From Escherichia phage SECphi27, in the sequence record LT961732: a stretch of 51,811 nucleotides of DNA. The stretch is one strand, 5' to 3'. The notes below the pieces were generated by a model. The model ran no database searches and was not told the origin of the DNA. It was given only the letters and a program-made list of their open reading frames with translations. Shown here piece by piece: positions 8,851-17,451 of this stretch. Every line of letters begins with the position of its first letter. The stretch's first letter is position 1. A program made the position numbers and the translations under genes.

Positions 8851-9047
8851 TAAATGATCTCCATGTATGTTTCAAAGCCATTTAACTTAAACAGGCCGTT
8901 TTCACATTTGCGCACGTTCCAAGTTAGCCCTGAGTGGTACGCCTCCATATCATCAAGGTCAATGGTGATTTCAGCGCCTTTCTTAAACAAACCTTTTTCG
9001 TGAGACTTGTCGCGCTTAACAACTTTAACATCAACCTGATTTTCCAT
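8850..9047 (-). CDS. hypothetical protein
   Basis: 65-aa ORF; start/stop overlap with next gene; motif unit upstream. Confidence 0.5.
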   Translation of the reverse strand: MENQVDVKVVKRDKSHEKGLFKKGAEITIDLDDMEAYHSGLTWNVRKCENGLFKLNGFETYMEII

Positions 9048-9103
9048 CTTTAAATCCTCGCTTGTTGTCGATGCGGTAAATATACCAACTTACCGCATAC
9101 GAC

Positions 9104-9125
9104 TTTTAACAAAAAGTGCTTTTTA
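9104..9125 (-). promoter_or_regulatory. Conserved intergenic motif, forward class
   Basis: Follows TAA stop of 9123-9530 gene; hairpin atgcggtaa/ttaccgcat with tatatt in the loop; catcgacaacaa; RBS; ATG 9047. Confidence 0.55.
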
Positions 9126-9530
9126 TTCCGTGGTGTCGATAGTGATTGGCCGCAACTCCTGGAGCGTCACACGATGATCGCGAATAATTGATTCTTTATC
9201 TTTCAGGCCATTGTAGCAATTTTGCGCTCTCTTTTTAAAATGGCCTGCATAACAAAGGGTGGCCCGTCCATTCTCGCGATTCGTTGCAATTACGCGGTAA
9301 ATAGGCCGTAATTCCTCTTCAAATACTGGTCGGAAAGCGTAACTTTCAAAGCCAGTGCCATAGAATCGGTTATCATCGTCACGCGAGATGTAAAGTGGTT
9401 CGCGATAATCATCAAGAACATACTCATCGCCATATTTTTCATCTCGCAATACGGCGTATTCAGCGCCTTTTGTGAAAGTCCATGCGTGAGAGGTGTTTTC
9501 GCCAATGAATTTAATATTCTGCGATACCAT
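9123..9530 (-). CDS. hypothetical protein
   Basis: 135-aa ORF. Confidence 0.55.
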   Translation of the reverse strand: MVSQNIKFIGENTSHAWTFTKGAEYAVLRDEKYGDEYVLDDYREPLYISRDDDNRFYGTGFESYAFRPVFEEELRPIYRVIATNRENGRATLCYAGHFKKRAQNCYNGLKDKESIIRDHRVTLQELRPITIDTTE

Positions 9531-9544
9531 TTTGTGATCTCCTG

Positions 9545-9772
9545 TTAGTAAGTGATTGAAGAAATATCGTCAAAGCCCTGGAATTCCGCATTCCATACCA
9601 GGAAGTTTGAGAGATTCTCACAACGATACCAGCCGCCGCTCAATTCCATGTATGTAGCATAACCGCCAGGGATAGCCTTAACAGCGTAGCGCTTATGGTT
9701 GCGAGTGATGAAAATCGCAAAACGTTTGTCGTTTGTCTGGTCGATTGCTTTCTGGTTGGCGACTACTGACAT
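9545..9772 (-). CDS. hypothetical protein
   Basis: 75-aa ORF after motif unit and AGAGGA RBS. Confidence 0.55.
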   Translation of the reverse strand: MSVVANQKAIDQTNDKRFAIFITRNHKRYAVKAIPGGYATYMELSGGWYRCENLSNFLVWNAEFQGFDDISSITY

Positions 9773-9828
9773 TTTGAAAATCCTCTGTTTCGTTTCGATG
9801 CGCTTACTATACCAATCAGCAGCGCATC

Positions 9829-9851
9829 GTTTTTAACAAAAAGTGCTATTT
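9829..9851 (-). promoter_or_regulatory. Conserved intergenic motif, forward class
   Basis: Overlaps stop of 9850-10113 gene; hairpin gatgcgc/gcgcatc with tatagt in loop; catcgaaacgaaac. Confidence 0.55.
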
Positions 9852-10113
9852 AGTCCAGGAATTCGATTTCACGCTCTCCAGTTAGCGGATCCACAAGCCA
9901 GAATCCGAGCGGTTCGCCGTGAACACCGCCATAGAATCCAAGCGCCGTCAGATCTTCACCTTTAACGAATACCAGGTTTCCGCTACGGCTTACGTGAGAC
10001 ACGTTAACGATAACCGGAAATGTGCGATCCTTAAATGCAGGCCGCAGGGCGTAACATCCGTTGTTGAGCAAACGTGCTTTGCGCTTAACTGGAATAGGTG
10101 CATTAATTTTCAT
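9850..10113 (-). CDS. hypothetical protein
   Basis: 87-aa ORF. Confidence 0.5.
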   Translation of the reverse strand: MKINAPIPVKRKARLLNNGCYALRPAFKDRTFPVIVNVSHVSRSGNLVFVKGEDLTALGFYGGVHGEPLGFWLVDPLTGEREIEFLD

Positions 10114-10339
10114 GGTTATTACTCCTTATCGTAAAGATTTAAAGACGTATAGTTTATTGCGGTAACTATATATCCGCATTGTTATTTCTCGAAGTGCAAT
10201 ATATTCCTTCCTGTTTTCCGGCAGACTGGCGAGCAATAACAGGCAGTATTTATAAGCGCGGTCAAGATTCCTTTCCGTGCCCCTGCAATATCCCTTGTTG
10301 CTCCTGGAGCGGTACAGCCATAACAATTTCTTGAACATT

Positions 10340-10573
10340 TCAGATACGCCCATACAGATCACAGACTTCGTTGATAAAACAGCGTTGAGACTCTTTATCC
10401 TGCTTCTCAAACATCGCACGGCACTCATAGCGGTGATTATGCACGATGACAACAACCATATTTTCAGGCGCTGACGGGTGACGCGCGGAAGCGTCGCAGA
10501 TTGAAACATCCATACCCATCTCATGTGCTTTCTTGATCACATCCAACATTTTTTCTTCTCCTGCAATAAGCAA
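10340..10573 (-). CDS. hypothetical protein
   Basis: 77-aa ORF. Confidence 0.45.
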   Translation of the reverse strand: MLIAGEEKMLDVIKKAHEMGMDVSICDASARHPSAPENMVVVIVHNHRYECRAMFEKQDKESQRCFINEVCDLYGRI

Positions 10574-10803
10574 ACATCATTGATAAAATCAGCACGGCCC
10601 TTAATGTTGCTGATGTGGAACGTCTTTTCAGCGTACAGGCCATCACCTTCAATCACGATCATTACGCGAGTCGGTTTATTCACGGGCGCACACGAAAAGA
10701 GTGGTCGCACCGGAAGAAATTTAGTAGCCACATCCAGGTTAGCCCTGGCGGCCCTGCAAAATGCCTCCGCCAGATCCAAATCATTTTCGGTAATCACCGC
10801 CAT
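10537..10803 (-). CDS. hypothetical protein
   Basis: 88-aa ORF; overlaps neighbour by 37 nt. Confidence 0.45.
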   Translation of the reverse strand: MAVITENDLDLAEAFCRAARANLDVATKFLPVRPLFSCAPVNKPTRVMIVIEGDGLYAEKTFHISNIKGRADFINDVCLLQEKKKCWM

Positions 10804-11075
10804 TACTTCTTGATCTCCTCACTGATAAATTTCAGCACCTGACGCAAGAAAACCTCGTTGTTGATAGTCGCTGGCAATTCTTCTTTCACTTCTTGCGGCA
10901 GATAGATATTGCCGTGCCAGGTCAAGCAATCGTAGTTGATACGATAAGAGCAAAGCCACTCGCAATCGTTATCTGCTTCCCAAATACAGAGTTGCAGAAC
11001 ATCGCCAAAATCTTCAACAGTCAGATCCAGACCGTGACGCTTAGCGAAATTGAAAGTGGTTTTGCTGATGTTCAT
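10803..11075 (-). CDS. hypothetical protein (first gene of minus-strand early block)
   Basis: 90-aa ORF; AGGAGA RBS; motif unit upstream. Confidence 0.55.
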   Translation of the reverse strand: MNISKTTFNFAKRHGLDLTVEDFGDVLQLCIWEADNDCEWLCSYRINYDCLTWHGNIYLPQEVKEELPATINNEVFLRQVLKFISEEIKK

Positions 11076-11135
11076 TGCTATCTCCTGAGCGGTTCGTTTC
11101 GATGTGTGTAATGTACCCGATCAGACGGCCTGAGT

Positions 11136-11156
11136 TTTAACAAAAAGTGCTATTTG
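11136..11156 (-). promoter_or_regulatory. Conserved intergenic motif, forward class, heading the minus-strand early block
   Basis: tagcactttttgttaaaac followed by catcgaaacgaacc (about 11091-11104), RBS and ATG at 11075. Confidence 0.55.
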
Positions 11157-11164
11157 ACGGTTAG

Positions 11165-11290
11165 CGCCAGGATTGTGATCGAAATAATCAAAAGTAATCA
11201 TTCGTAATCAAATCACGTCAAAATGATGATTGCCTTTGCAAATTTGATGAGAAAAGTAATCACGTTTAATCATTGGTTGCATGGGAGATA
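11165..11290. repeat. Iteron-like cluster of TAATCA repeats
   Basis: At least five (A/G)TAATCA copies within about 110 bp in a noncoding divergent region. Confidence 0.5.
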
Positions 11291-11708
11291 GTGAAACCTT
11301 CCCCTCTTGCCTCACTTTTCCGCCTGGCTGTCAGTGGTTGTTGTCTTTTGTTCACCCCTGTTACCGATTTCAGGCGGCGTGTTTCCGCGCGGTTTTCCGG
11401 TGTAGCGAAAACGGAAAAAACAAAGAAAATCCTCTATAATACATTGAAAATAAAGATTATTTATTTATATATATCTATAATGTTTTCTTTTTGTTCTCAC
11501 TGTTACAGTGCTTTTTGTTGGTTATGGTGTGGTTGTGTGTGGGCATATATGGATAGTTGCGCGCGCGGCGGATTGCATATGTATATATACTTTTTCCGGC
11601 GGATTGCGTTAACAGCGTGAACAGAAAAATAACAGCCGCGAAATCAATAACTTGCGCATGATTTTGTAGTTTTTCGATATTGGTAACGTTTTGAATACAA
11701 CAAAAACA

Positions 11709-11736
11709 TTGACACGCACCAAATAGCTTTTATAAT
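11709..11736 (+). promoter_or_regulatory. Near-consensus sigma70 promoter (TTGACA, 16 nt, TATAAT)
   Basis: ttgacacgcaccaaatagcttttataat; about 30 nt upstream of RBS GGAGG and ATG 11768. Confidence 0.65.
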
Positions 11737-11767
11737 GCGCCAACAGTCAACAACTGGAGGAAAGGAA

Positions 11768-12232
11768 ATGGAACAGAAGACCACTAAGGACTATTGCGAT
11801 TGGCTTCGCGAGCTTGGTCGCCGCCTGGCTAGTGGCGATATTGAAGAGTATAAAATGTCACTAATTGACCTGGCCGGAATGTTAAGCGGTGATGACTGCT
11901 ACAAGATCACGCGCAGTTCATCCTACAGCCGGACCATTATCAACCGCGTTCCAGAAGTAAGGGCCGCAGGTCGGGTAAGCATCAAGGTAGAGGAAACGGA
12001 AGATGATAAATTTTACGTTTTCCGCATGGTGCGCGAATCGAAAAGGAAAATCATCACACCCGAAGAATTGCCAGCAATCAAGGCAAGGGCGATCAAAAAG
12101 TTTGCCGATCGCTTACTGGCAGCAATCCCGAACATCGTGGACCTGGAAGGGGATAAACTGGCTGGGGCTTGCGAGGGCGTAAGCCGCTACCAGGATATGA
12201 TCCGCGAAATCATCAAAGAGGAAGAGCAATGA
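11768..12232 (+). CDS. hypothetical protein (first gene of plus-strand block)
   Basis: ORF track 11735-12232; start moved to ATG after GGAGG RBS, because 11735 lies inside the promoter. Confidence 0.55.
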   Translation: MEQKTTKDYCDWLRELGRRLASGDIEEYKMSLIDLAGMLSGDDCYKITRSSSYSRTIINRVPEVRAAGRVSIKVEETEDDKFYVFRMVRESKRKIITPEELPAIKARAIKKFADRLLAAIPNIVDLEGDKLAGACEGVSRYQDMIREIIKEEEQ

Positions 12233-12501
12233 AAAAGGCATTAATCAGCGTTTTGGCGGCAATGGCATTCCTGACCGGATGCAAAGAAGATGGCGCGCAT
12301 GTTGGCAATGTGCAGATGGCTAACCCTGGCGATGACTACAGCGTAAGGGAGCTATTCACCGCTGACGGTTGCACCGTTTACCGATTCTATGACGATCGCA
12401 CTGTTTACTTCACCAACTGTAAGGGCGCTACTAGCTGGGAAGTGTCGAAAAGCAATGGCAAAGGCACGAAGACAGAACATATGACCGTCGAGACAAAATA
12501 G
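12229..12501 (+). CDS. putative lipoprotein
   Basis: Signal peptide with lipobox LTGC; ATGA overlap with upstream gene. Confidence 0.55.
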   Translation: MKKALISVLAAMAFLTGCKEDGAHVGNVQMANPGDDYSVRELFTADGCTVYRFYDDRTVYFTNCKGATSWEVSKSNGKGTKTEHMTVETK

Positions 12502-12517
12502 CACTTTTTGTTAAAAC
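12499..12517 (+). promoter_or_regulatory. Conserved intergenic motif, forward class
   Basis: Begins with TAG stop of upstream gene; hairpin gccaggc/gcctggc; ataat; tcatcgaaacga; RBS; ATG 12574. Confidence 0.6.
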
Positions 12518-12573
12518 GCCAGGCGCGAAGCCTGGCATAATAGCCTCATCGAAACGATATTGGGGAAACAAAA

Positions 12574-12759
12574 ATGGCACGTCGCATCACCAAAGACCTT
12601 AAAGTCCTGAACAAAGAAAACGTAGTTAAAATCCTGGTTATCTGGGGCTACAACGAAGAAACAGCAAAGCAGAAGGTAGAGGCAGGTTATGACCTGGCTG
12701 TAAAAGCAATGCCAAACGATGACGCCAAAGGCATTGCAAACTATGTAGCGTTCTTTTAA
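12574..12759 (+). CDS. hypothetical protein
   Basis: 61-aa ORF after motif unit. Confidence 0.5.
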   Translation: MARRITKDLKVLNKENVVKILVIWGYNEETAKQKVEAGYDLAVKAMPNDDAKGIANYVAFF

Positions 12760-12774
12760 TTAGCAGGTGAATAA

Positions 12775-12960
12775 ATGAAAACGAAATTAGTCCATAAATC
12801 AGAAATCAAGATCGGCGATACTGTGATTCACAACGGCGAGCTTAGAACGGTTGGCAAAGAGTCAATAAGCCACGATGAATTTATGGGGATCTTGTTGTTC
12901 GGTGACTCTTATCGTCTTGGTTACAAGATGGTTGAGCTTGTGGAAGAGGTAAAATTCTAA
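12775..12960 (+). CDS. hypothetical protein
   Basis: 61-aa ORF. Confidence 0.5.
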   Translation: MKTKLVHKSEIKIGDTVIHNGELRTVGKESISHDEFMGILLFGDSYRLGYKMVELVEEVKF

Positions 12961-12961
12961 A

Positions 12962-12980
12962 TAGCACTTTTTGTTAAAAC
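12962..12980 (+). promoter_or_regulatory. Conserved intergenic motif, forward class
   Basis: Follows TAA stop; cataat downstream; RBS GGAG before ATG 13061. Confidence 0.55.
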
Positions 12981-13060
12981 TCAAAAGCGATAACCAGGCA
13001 TAATACACACATAGACGGGCGGCGCGGTGTCGCCCACTAAAACCAATCAGGAGAAATACC

Positions 13061-13954
13061 ATGTTAAAACTTGCTGACATTAAATTCCCGATCACCTTCG
13101 AATCTCGCGGCATTGGTCACTACATTTTTACTGATGAAAAAACATGCCATAAGGTTGATTTGCATAGCTACAAGCGTGCTCCATCAGACATGGATATTGA
13201 TCACTTCATTGATGCACATAACAAGCACTACAACTCGCTTAAAGACTACGGCTACGCAATGCCAGGATATACCAGCTTCCACTACAAGCCATATAAAGGC
13301 CAGGTATTGCCAGTGCGATCGCCGCAGCGCGCAGAGATTCCGATGGTCAACATGAAAACATGCGACTACAAAAAGCTGTGGTGCTTAAGTGTGGACAATA
13401 TCAAGTATCCGATCACGTTCCACACAACTGGTAATTCAACGATTCGCTTCACATCGCGCGACAATGGCGTTTATAGCGATGGTCAGAAATCAGAGTTGAA
13501 AGTTGATTTCTTTGTCAATGCTCACAACGATTTCAATCCGCACAACGAAAAAGATAAAGTGTACTACGTGGAAGACATTACAAAACACTTATTTGGAGAA
13601 ACTCCATTCGGCGGCGGTAAGACGTCAATTCAGAAAATCATTGGCGATGAGATCCACAAAGCGGTTTCCGAAATGAAAGCGCCTGGAGGCTGGCGTATTG
13701 ATAAGAGCGCCTTTGCCAATCAAGAAATCGTAACGCAGGGCGCAATTGAAGATATGCCAGTTGCAGCCACACTAAAAGGAGTCCGGCTTGATGACGGCAC
13801 CTGGTATGAACTAACAGCGAAACCAAAGACGATCGAAATTCATGATGACGTTGTTATCCTCCTGCTTCACTATGGCAGCACAAAAAACCGTACCGTTGCG
13901 GGTGAGATCAACATCAAGCGCGGAACGATGGTTAAGTGGAAGGTCAAAGTGTAA
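13061..13954 (+). CDS. hypothetical protein with internal tandem duplication
   Basis: 297 aa; two related segments (IKFPITFESRG...FIDAHNKHYN and IKYPITFHTTG...FVNAHNDFN). Confidence 0.6.
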   Translation: MLKLADIKFPITFESRGIGHYIFTDEKTCHKVDLHSYKRAPSDMDIDHFIDAHNKHYNSLKDYGYAMPGYTSFHYKPYKGQVLPVRSPQRAEIPMVNMKTCDYKKLWCLSVDNIKYPITFHTTGNSTIRFTSRDNGVYSDGQKSELKVDFFVNAHNDFNPHNEKDKVYYVEDITKHLFGETPFGGGKTSIQKIIGDEIHKAVSEMKAPGGWRIDKSAFANQEIVTQGAIEDMPVAATLKGVRLDDGTWYELTAKPKTIEIHDDVVILLLHYGSTKNRTVAGEINIKRGTMVKWKVKV

Positions 13955-13955
13955 A

Positions 13956-13974
13956 TAGCACGAATTGTTAAAAC
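13956..13974 (+). promoter_or_regulatory. Conserved intergenic motif (variant TAGCACGAATTGTTAAAAC), forward class
   Basis: Follows TAA stop; hairpin gggcc/ggccc with tataat in loop. Confidence 0.5.
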
Positions 13975-14027
13975 TCAAATGTGGGGCCAGGTATAATGGC
14001 CCTACTTTCAACGAAGGAGATAAAACG

Positions 14028-14246
14028 ATGTACATTAAAAAGAAGATGAAATGCGTTTCCGTTAACTATGCTTGCTCTGGCATGTTCAAGCCTGGCGAAA
14101 TCTATACAGCGCAAAAACTGAAATCATCAACCGGATCTTTTTACGTGAGCAATAGTAAGGGGCATCGCATGTTCCTGAACGGCGGCGAAGGCACTAAGGT
14201 TATGGCACACGCTATGGTAATGGCTGAATTTGAGGAAGTGAAATAA
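14028..14246 (+). CDS. hypothetical protein
   Basis: Start moved to ATG after AAGGAGA RBS. Confidence 0.5.
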   Translation: MYIKKKMKCVSVNYACSGMFKPGEIYTAQKLKSSTGSFYVSNSKGHRMFLNGGEGTKVMAHAMVMAEFEEVK

Positions 14247-14248
14247 TC

Positions 14249-14458
14249 ATGGACCAGAACAAAACAGCAAAATATAAATTCACCGACGACTACGGCGACA
14301 CTATCGACGTTTATCAGCGTGGAAATCAGATCTTCATAGATGGCACTTTCGAATATGGTCGGATGCCAGACTTTCGGGGAATACTTTCGGCGGAGAGCGC
14401 GCGACGCATGGCGAACGTGTTAAATAAACTGGCGGCAAATATTGAGCAGTTGCAGTAA
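14249..14458 (+). CDS. hypothetical protein
   Basis: 69-aa ORF. Confidence 0.5.
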   Translation: MDQNKTAKYKFTDDYGDTIDVYQRGNQIFIDGTFEYGRMPDFRGILSAESARRMANVLNKLAANIEQLQ

Positions 14459-14479
14459 AATTCAACAAGAGAGAATGCA

Positions 14480-14659
14480 ATGGAAGATTTTACTATTATT
14501 GTGTTGTGCTGGGCGTTATTCATTTCTGTGTGGCTTATCCACGCGGCGCGGCATAGATTCCGGCTGAATTACGACAATTCGTTTGCGGAGGTGATTTGGA
14601 GCATTCCAGCATTTTCCTTACTAATCGTTATCACGGCTGAATATATCCATAGAGCATAA
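14480..14659 (+). CDS. small membrane protein (about 59 aa)
   Basis: Not in ORF track; two hydrophobic segments; fills intergenic gap. Confidence 0.35.
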   Translation: MEDFTIIVLCWALFISVWLIHAARHRFRLNYDNSFAEVIWSIPAFSLLIVITAEYIHRA

Positions 14660-14671
14660 CAGGGGCGATAG

Positions 14672-15208
14672 ATGAAAAAGTATACTTTCGAACTGTGGGG
14701 CAAGAAGTACGAATTAATCACCAGCAAGCCTATTGTTGTGTGCGATCTCGACGGCACACTATCGGACGGATCGCATCGTTTGCATTTGCTGCCAACTGAA
14801 AACTTGCACCTTACGGAATCGTGGCGCGAGTTTAACAGGGCCGCCGCCGGAGATTCACCAATTAAAAGCACTATCGCGGTTATTAACGGTTTATGGGTGT
14901 CGGGATTTGCCATCGTCATCTTGACCGGACGCAGCGACGAGGTTCGCTATGAAACCTGCAAATGGTTGAATGAGAACGGCGTGAAGTTTGACGAAATCAT
15001 CATGCGCCGCCAGGAGGACAACCGAAAGGATACGGTTATTAAAGAAGAATCCTTGCGCGCTATTGGCCTGGACAACATTGTTTGCGCCTTTGACGATTCG
15101 CCTAACGTGGTTAAGCACTTCCGCAGCTTGGGGATCACAACCTATCAGGTCACGGAATACGACAATCCACACGCTCATATACAATCTCACGGCGTGGAGA
15201 AATTATAG
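14672..15208 (+). CDS. HAD-family phosphatase (polynucleotide 3'-phosphatase-like)
   Basis: HAD motif I CDLDGTLSDG near N-terminus; 178 aa. Confidence 0.6.
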   Translation: MKKYTFELWGKKYELITSKPIVVCDLDGTLSDGSHRLHLLPTENLHLTESWREFNRAAAGDSPIKSTIAVINGLWVSGFAIVILTGRSDEVRYETCKWLNENGVKFDEIIMRRQEDNRKDTVIKEESLRAIGLDNIVCAFDDSPNVVKHFRSLGITTYQVTEYDNPHAHIQSHGVEKL

Positions 15209-15400
15209 ATGGCTGACTTTATGCATCAAATGATTGTTGTATTTAAGGGCAGTGAAGATGAAGAGGTTCGCGAATGCTTCACCATTGAGAAATCATACAG
15301 CGCATCTTTAACCAGTTTTGGCAACATATCTATGATTGATGATAATGGCGATCCGTGGATTTTTGAAGATGATACGGATTGCTTTGAGATTAAAGAATAG
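15209..15400 (+). CDS. hypothetical protein
   Basis: 63-aa acidic ORF; stop abuts motif. Confidence 0.45.
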   Translation: MADFMHQMIVVFKGSEDEEVRECFTIEKSYSASLTSFGNISMIDDNGDPWIFEDDTDCFEIKE

Positions 15401-15416
15401 CACTTTTTGTTAAAAT
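15398..15416 (+). promoter_or_regulatory. Conserved intergenic motif, forward class
   Basis: Begins with TAG stop; tatagt downstream; RBS GAGGA before ATG 15472. Confidence 0.55.
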
Positions 15417-15471
15417 CAACTTTACGGCCTGCGGTATAGTAAGCCCATCAACAACAAACGAGGATTAAATC

Positions 15472-15735
15472 ATGGCTAACAAGATCGAGTTTTTCAAAGC
15501 GGTAGACATTATTGATGGCGCGCATAGCTTCTTTGCCATCCATTCTATTGACGGCAAGGATATTGGGCACAACGTTATCCGTCGAGATGGAATCTCAAAA
15601 CTTAGTGACCTGGTAGGCTATATTGTGTCAAACGGGAAATGCGCATGGCCCGATTCGCCACGAGAGCCACGCCGCCGCGACATGGTAGATCCTGTTCTGC
15701 TTTACACTCTGGTAGTAGAAGGAGAAAATAAATGA
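15472..15735 (+). CDS. hypothetical protein
   Basis: 87-aa ORF. Confidence 0.5.
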   Translation: MANKIEFFKAVDIIDGAHSFFAIHSIDGKDIGHNVIRRDGISKLSDLVGYIVSNGKCAWPDSPREPRRRDMVDPVLLYTLVVEGENK

Positions 15736-15917
15736 TTTGGTTACTTGCTTTTTTGGTTGTTTTTCTTTACATTTCAGGCTTGTTTACGTTCCGCGCGTTG
15801 GTGAAATATTCTGACACGACAGACAAAGACGATAAAATCGTTCTCGCTTTCTGGTTTGTTTGGGTGTGGTTAGCAATTTACGAGATCATCAGAGACAAAC
15901 AGAAATTTGAGTGGTGA
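15732..15917 (+). CDS. small membrane protein
   Basis: 61 aa with two hydrophobic helices; ATGA overlap. Confidence 0.5.
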   Translation: MIWLLAFLVVFLYISGLFTFRALVKYSDTTDKDDKIVLAFWFVWVWLAIYEIIRDKQKFEW

Positions 15918-15972
15918 TTCTTGCTATGGCGCATTCATGCAGTGCGCCATGTTGAGAAAACCTAAAGGGGGA

Positions 15973-16116
15973 ATGATGCGTAACTTTGAAAAAATCATTA
16001 CCAAAAAGAAGCGTCGCGGGTACGATGAGCATGTGGAGTTTGTGAACAAACAGCGCAAGAAGCGCCATAGACGCGAAATGCTGCATAATATAAACTCACG
16101 CTATGGAGAAAAATAA
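15973..16116 (+). CDS. small basic protein (start uncertain)
   Basis: Lys/Arg-rich; AAGGGGG RBS. Confidence 0.4.
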   Translation: MMRNFEKIITKKKRRGYDEHVEFVNKQRKKRHRREMLHNINSRYGEK

Positions 16117-16308
16117 ATGCAATTGCCACCATTTGACAAAAAAAGCGAAGAGATTGCCAAAACTGCATGTCACCTTCGAGACCTTGCCGACATGATAGAG
16201 CGCGGTCAGGTCATGATTGTCAATATGACGATTAAAAGCGAGAATAGAAATTTCAAGGTTTTAAGCGAGACAACAGAAATTACTGTCTTGAAAGCAAGAG
16301 GTGAATAA
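16117..16308 (+). CDS. hypothetical protein
   Basis: 63-aa ORF. Confidence 0.45.
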   Translation: MQLPPFDKKSEEIAKTACHLRDLADMIERGQVMIVNMTIKSENRNFKVLSETTEITVLKARGE

Positions 16309-16310
16309 AT

Positions 16311-16901
16311 ATGAAACGAGACATTATCATCCTTAATGGGCCGCCAGGCTGCGGGAAGGACACTATTGCAGCTTACCTAACGGGCCATCGTTACCCAGCG
16401 GTTAAGGCGTCATTCAAACAGCCGATGTTCGATATTGCGTTTTCCATGCTGGGCGTGTACCGATACGATGAATTTATGGACCTGTACAACGACCGAGAGC
16501 AAAAAGAAAAGCCTCAAGTTATCTTAGGCGGCAAGTCACCTCGACAATTCATGATCTGGATTAGTGAGGATGTAATGAAGCCAGTTTTTGGGGAGCAGTA
16601 TTTCGGGCGTCGAATGGTTGAAGAGATTAACGAGATGTACCGAGATTTGGCGGTTGTGATCAGTGATGGCGGATTCCCCGAAGAAATCAAGCCGCTTGTT
16701 AAGGCAGGGCATGAGGTGCATATTTGCCGATTGCATCGCGACGGCTTCACGTTTGCTGGAGATTCGAGAGACTACATTGACCTGAGCGGTTATCACTATC
16801 GAATCCATCACTATGATTTCCACTTGCAGGAAGGTAAGCCGGAACTGGCTGTAAGCGAGATCGTCAATGCAGTCAAATGGAAGCACACACAGATTAAATA
16901 G
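16311..16901 (+). CDS. P-loop kinase, dNMP kinase-like
   Basis: Walker A NGPPGCGKDT resembling T4 dNMP kinase SGxxxSGKDT. Confidence 0.6.
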   Translation: MKRDIIILNGPPGCGKDTIAAYLTGHRYPAVKASFKQPMFDIAFSMLGVYRYDEFMDLYNDREQKEKPQVILGGKSPRQFMIWISEDVMKPVFGEQYFGRRMVEEINEMYRDLAVVISDGGFPEEIKPLVKAGHEVHICRLHRDGFTFAGDSRDYIDLSGYHYRIHHYDFHLQEGKPELAVSEIVNAVKWKHTQIK

Positions 16902-16917
16902 CACGAATTGCTAAACG
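16899..16917 (+). promoter_or_regulatory. Conserved intergenic motif (variant TAGCACGAATTGCTAAACG), forward class
   Basis: Begins with TAG stop; hairpin gcgggg/ccccgc; tataat; cacatcaaca; RBS GAGGA. Confidence 0.55.
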
Positions 16918-16971
16918 CGGGGTTATCGGCCCCGCTATAATGCTCACATCAACAAGTAAGAGGAAATCACA

Positions 16972-17352
16972 ATGGTTAACATCCGAAAAATCCGCGTCGG
17001 CACTAAATTCTTAGTTACTTACGCAATTCCAGATAGCGGAATGAAGAAGGGCCAGATTGTTAAGGTTGATAGCAAAAGATTCGGAATCCCTGGTATCAAT
17101 GGCTATCTAATCAATAAAGATCTTGGATTCGGCGGCTTCGCTATCCGCTCGCTTGAGGGTATTGTTGTTACCCTCAAGCAAATCACTAACCATCGCGGCT
17201 GCCCAATCAAGACGATTAAAGCGCCAACCAATTACGGCAAACTGGATAATCGTCGAATCCGCCGCCTGGCGCGTAACGCGTTAAAATTCCGTGGCGTAGG
17301 CGATGATTTCTACTATGGATACAAGAGGATTGCGCGCAATGCTGGGAAATAA
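16972..17352 (+). CDS. hypothetical protein
   Basis: 126-aa ORF. Confidence 0.55.
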   Translation: MVNIRKIRVGTKFLVTYAIPDSGMKKGQIVKVDSKRFGIPGINGYLINKDLGFGGFAIRSLEGIVVTLKQITNHRGCPIKTIKAPTNYGKLDNRRIRRLARNALKFRGVGDDFYYGYKRIARNAGK

Positions 17353-17451
17353 CAATAACGCAACGAATCCTAAGCCACCTTTTGATTTTCATTCCGCAAT
17401 GATTGCGGTATTATCAATGCTACTTTTTCTTTATAGCATGAGGGCGCTACT

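Noticed and set aside
10126-10524. 132-aa minus-strand ORF spanning the 10114-10340 gap and overlapping the 10340-10573 gene
   Set aside because: Most of it overlaps a better-supported gene in another frame. Only its last 70 codons or so fall in the gap, with no convincing RBS, so a small gene there remains possible but unsupported.
11273-11620. 115-aa ORF inside the AT-rich noncoding hub
   Set aside because: Cys/Trp-rich low-complexity translation over TG- and AT-rich repeats; no RBS; region better explained as a regulatory or origin element.
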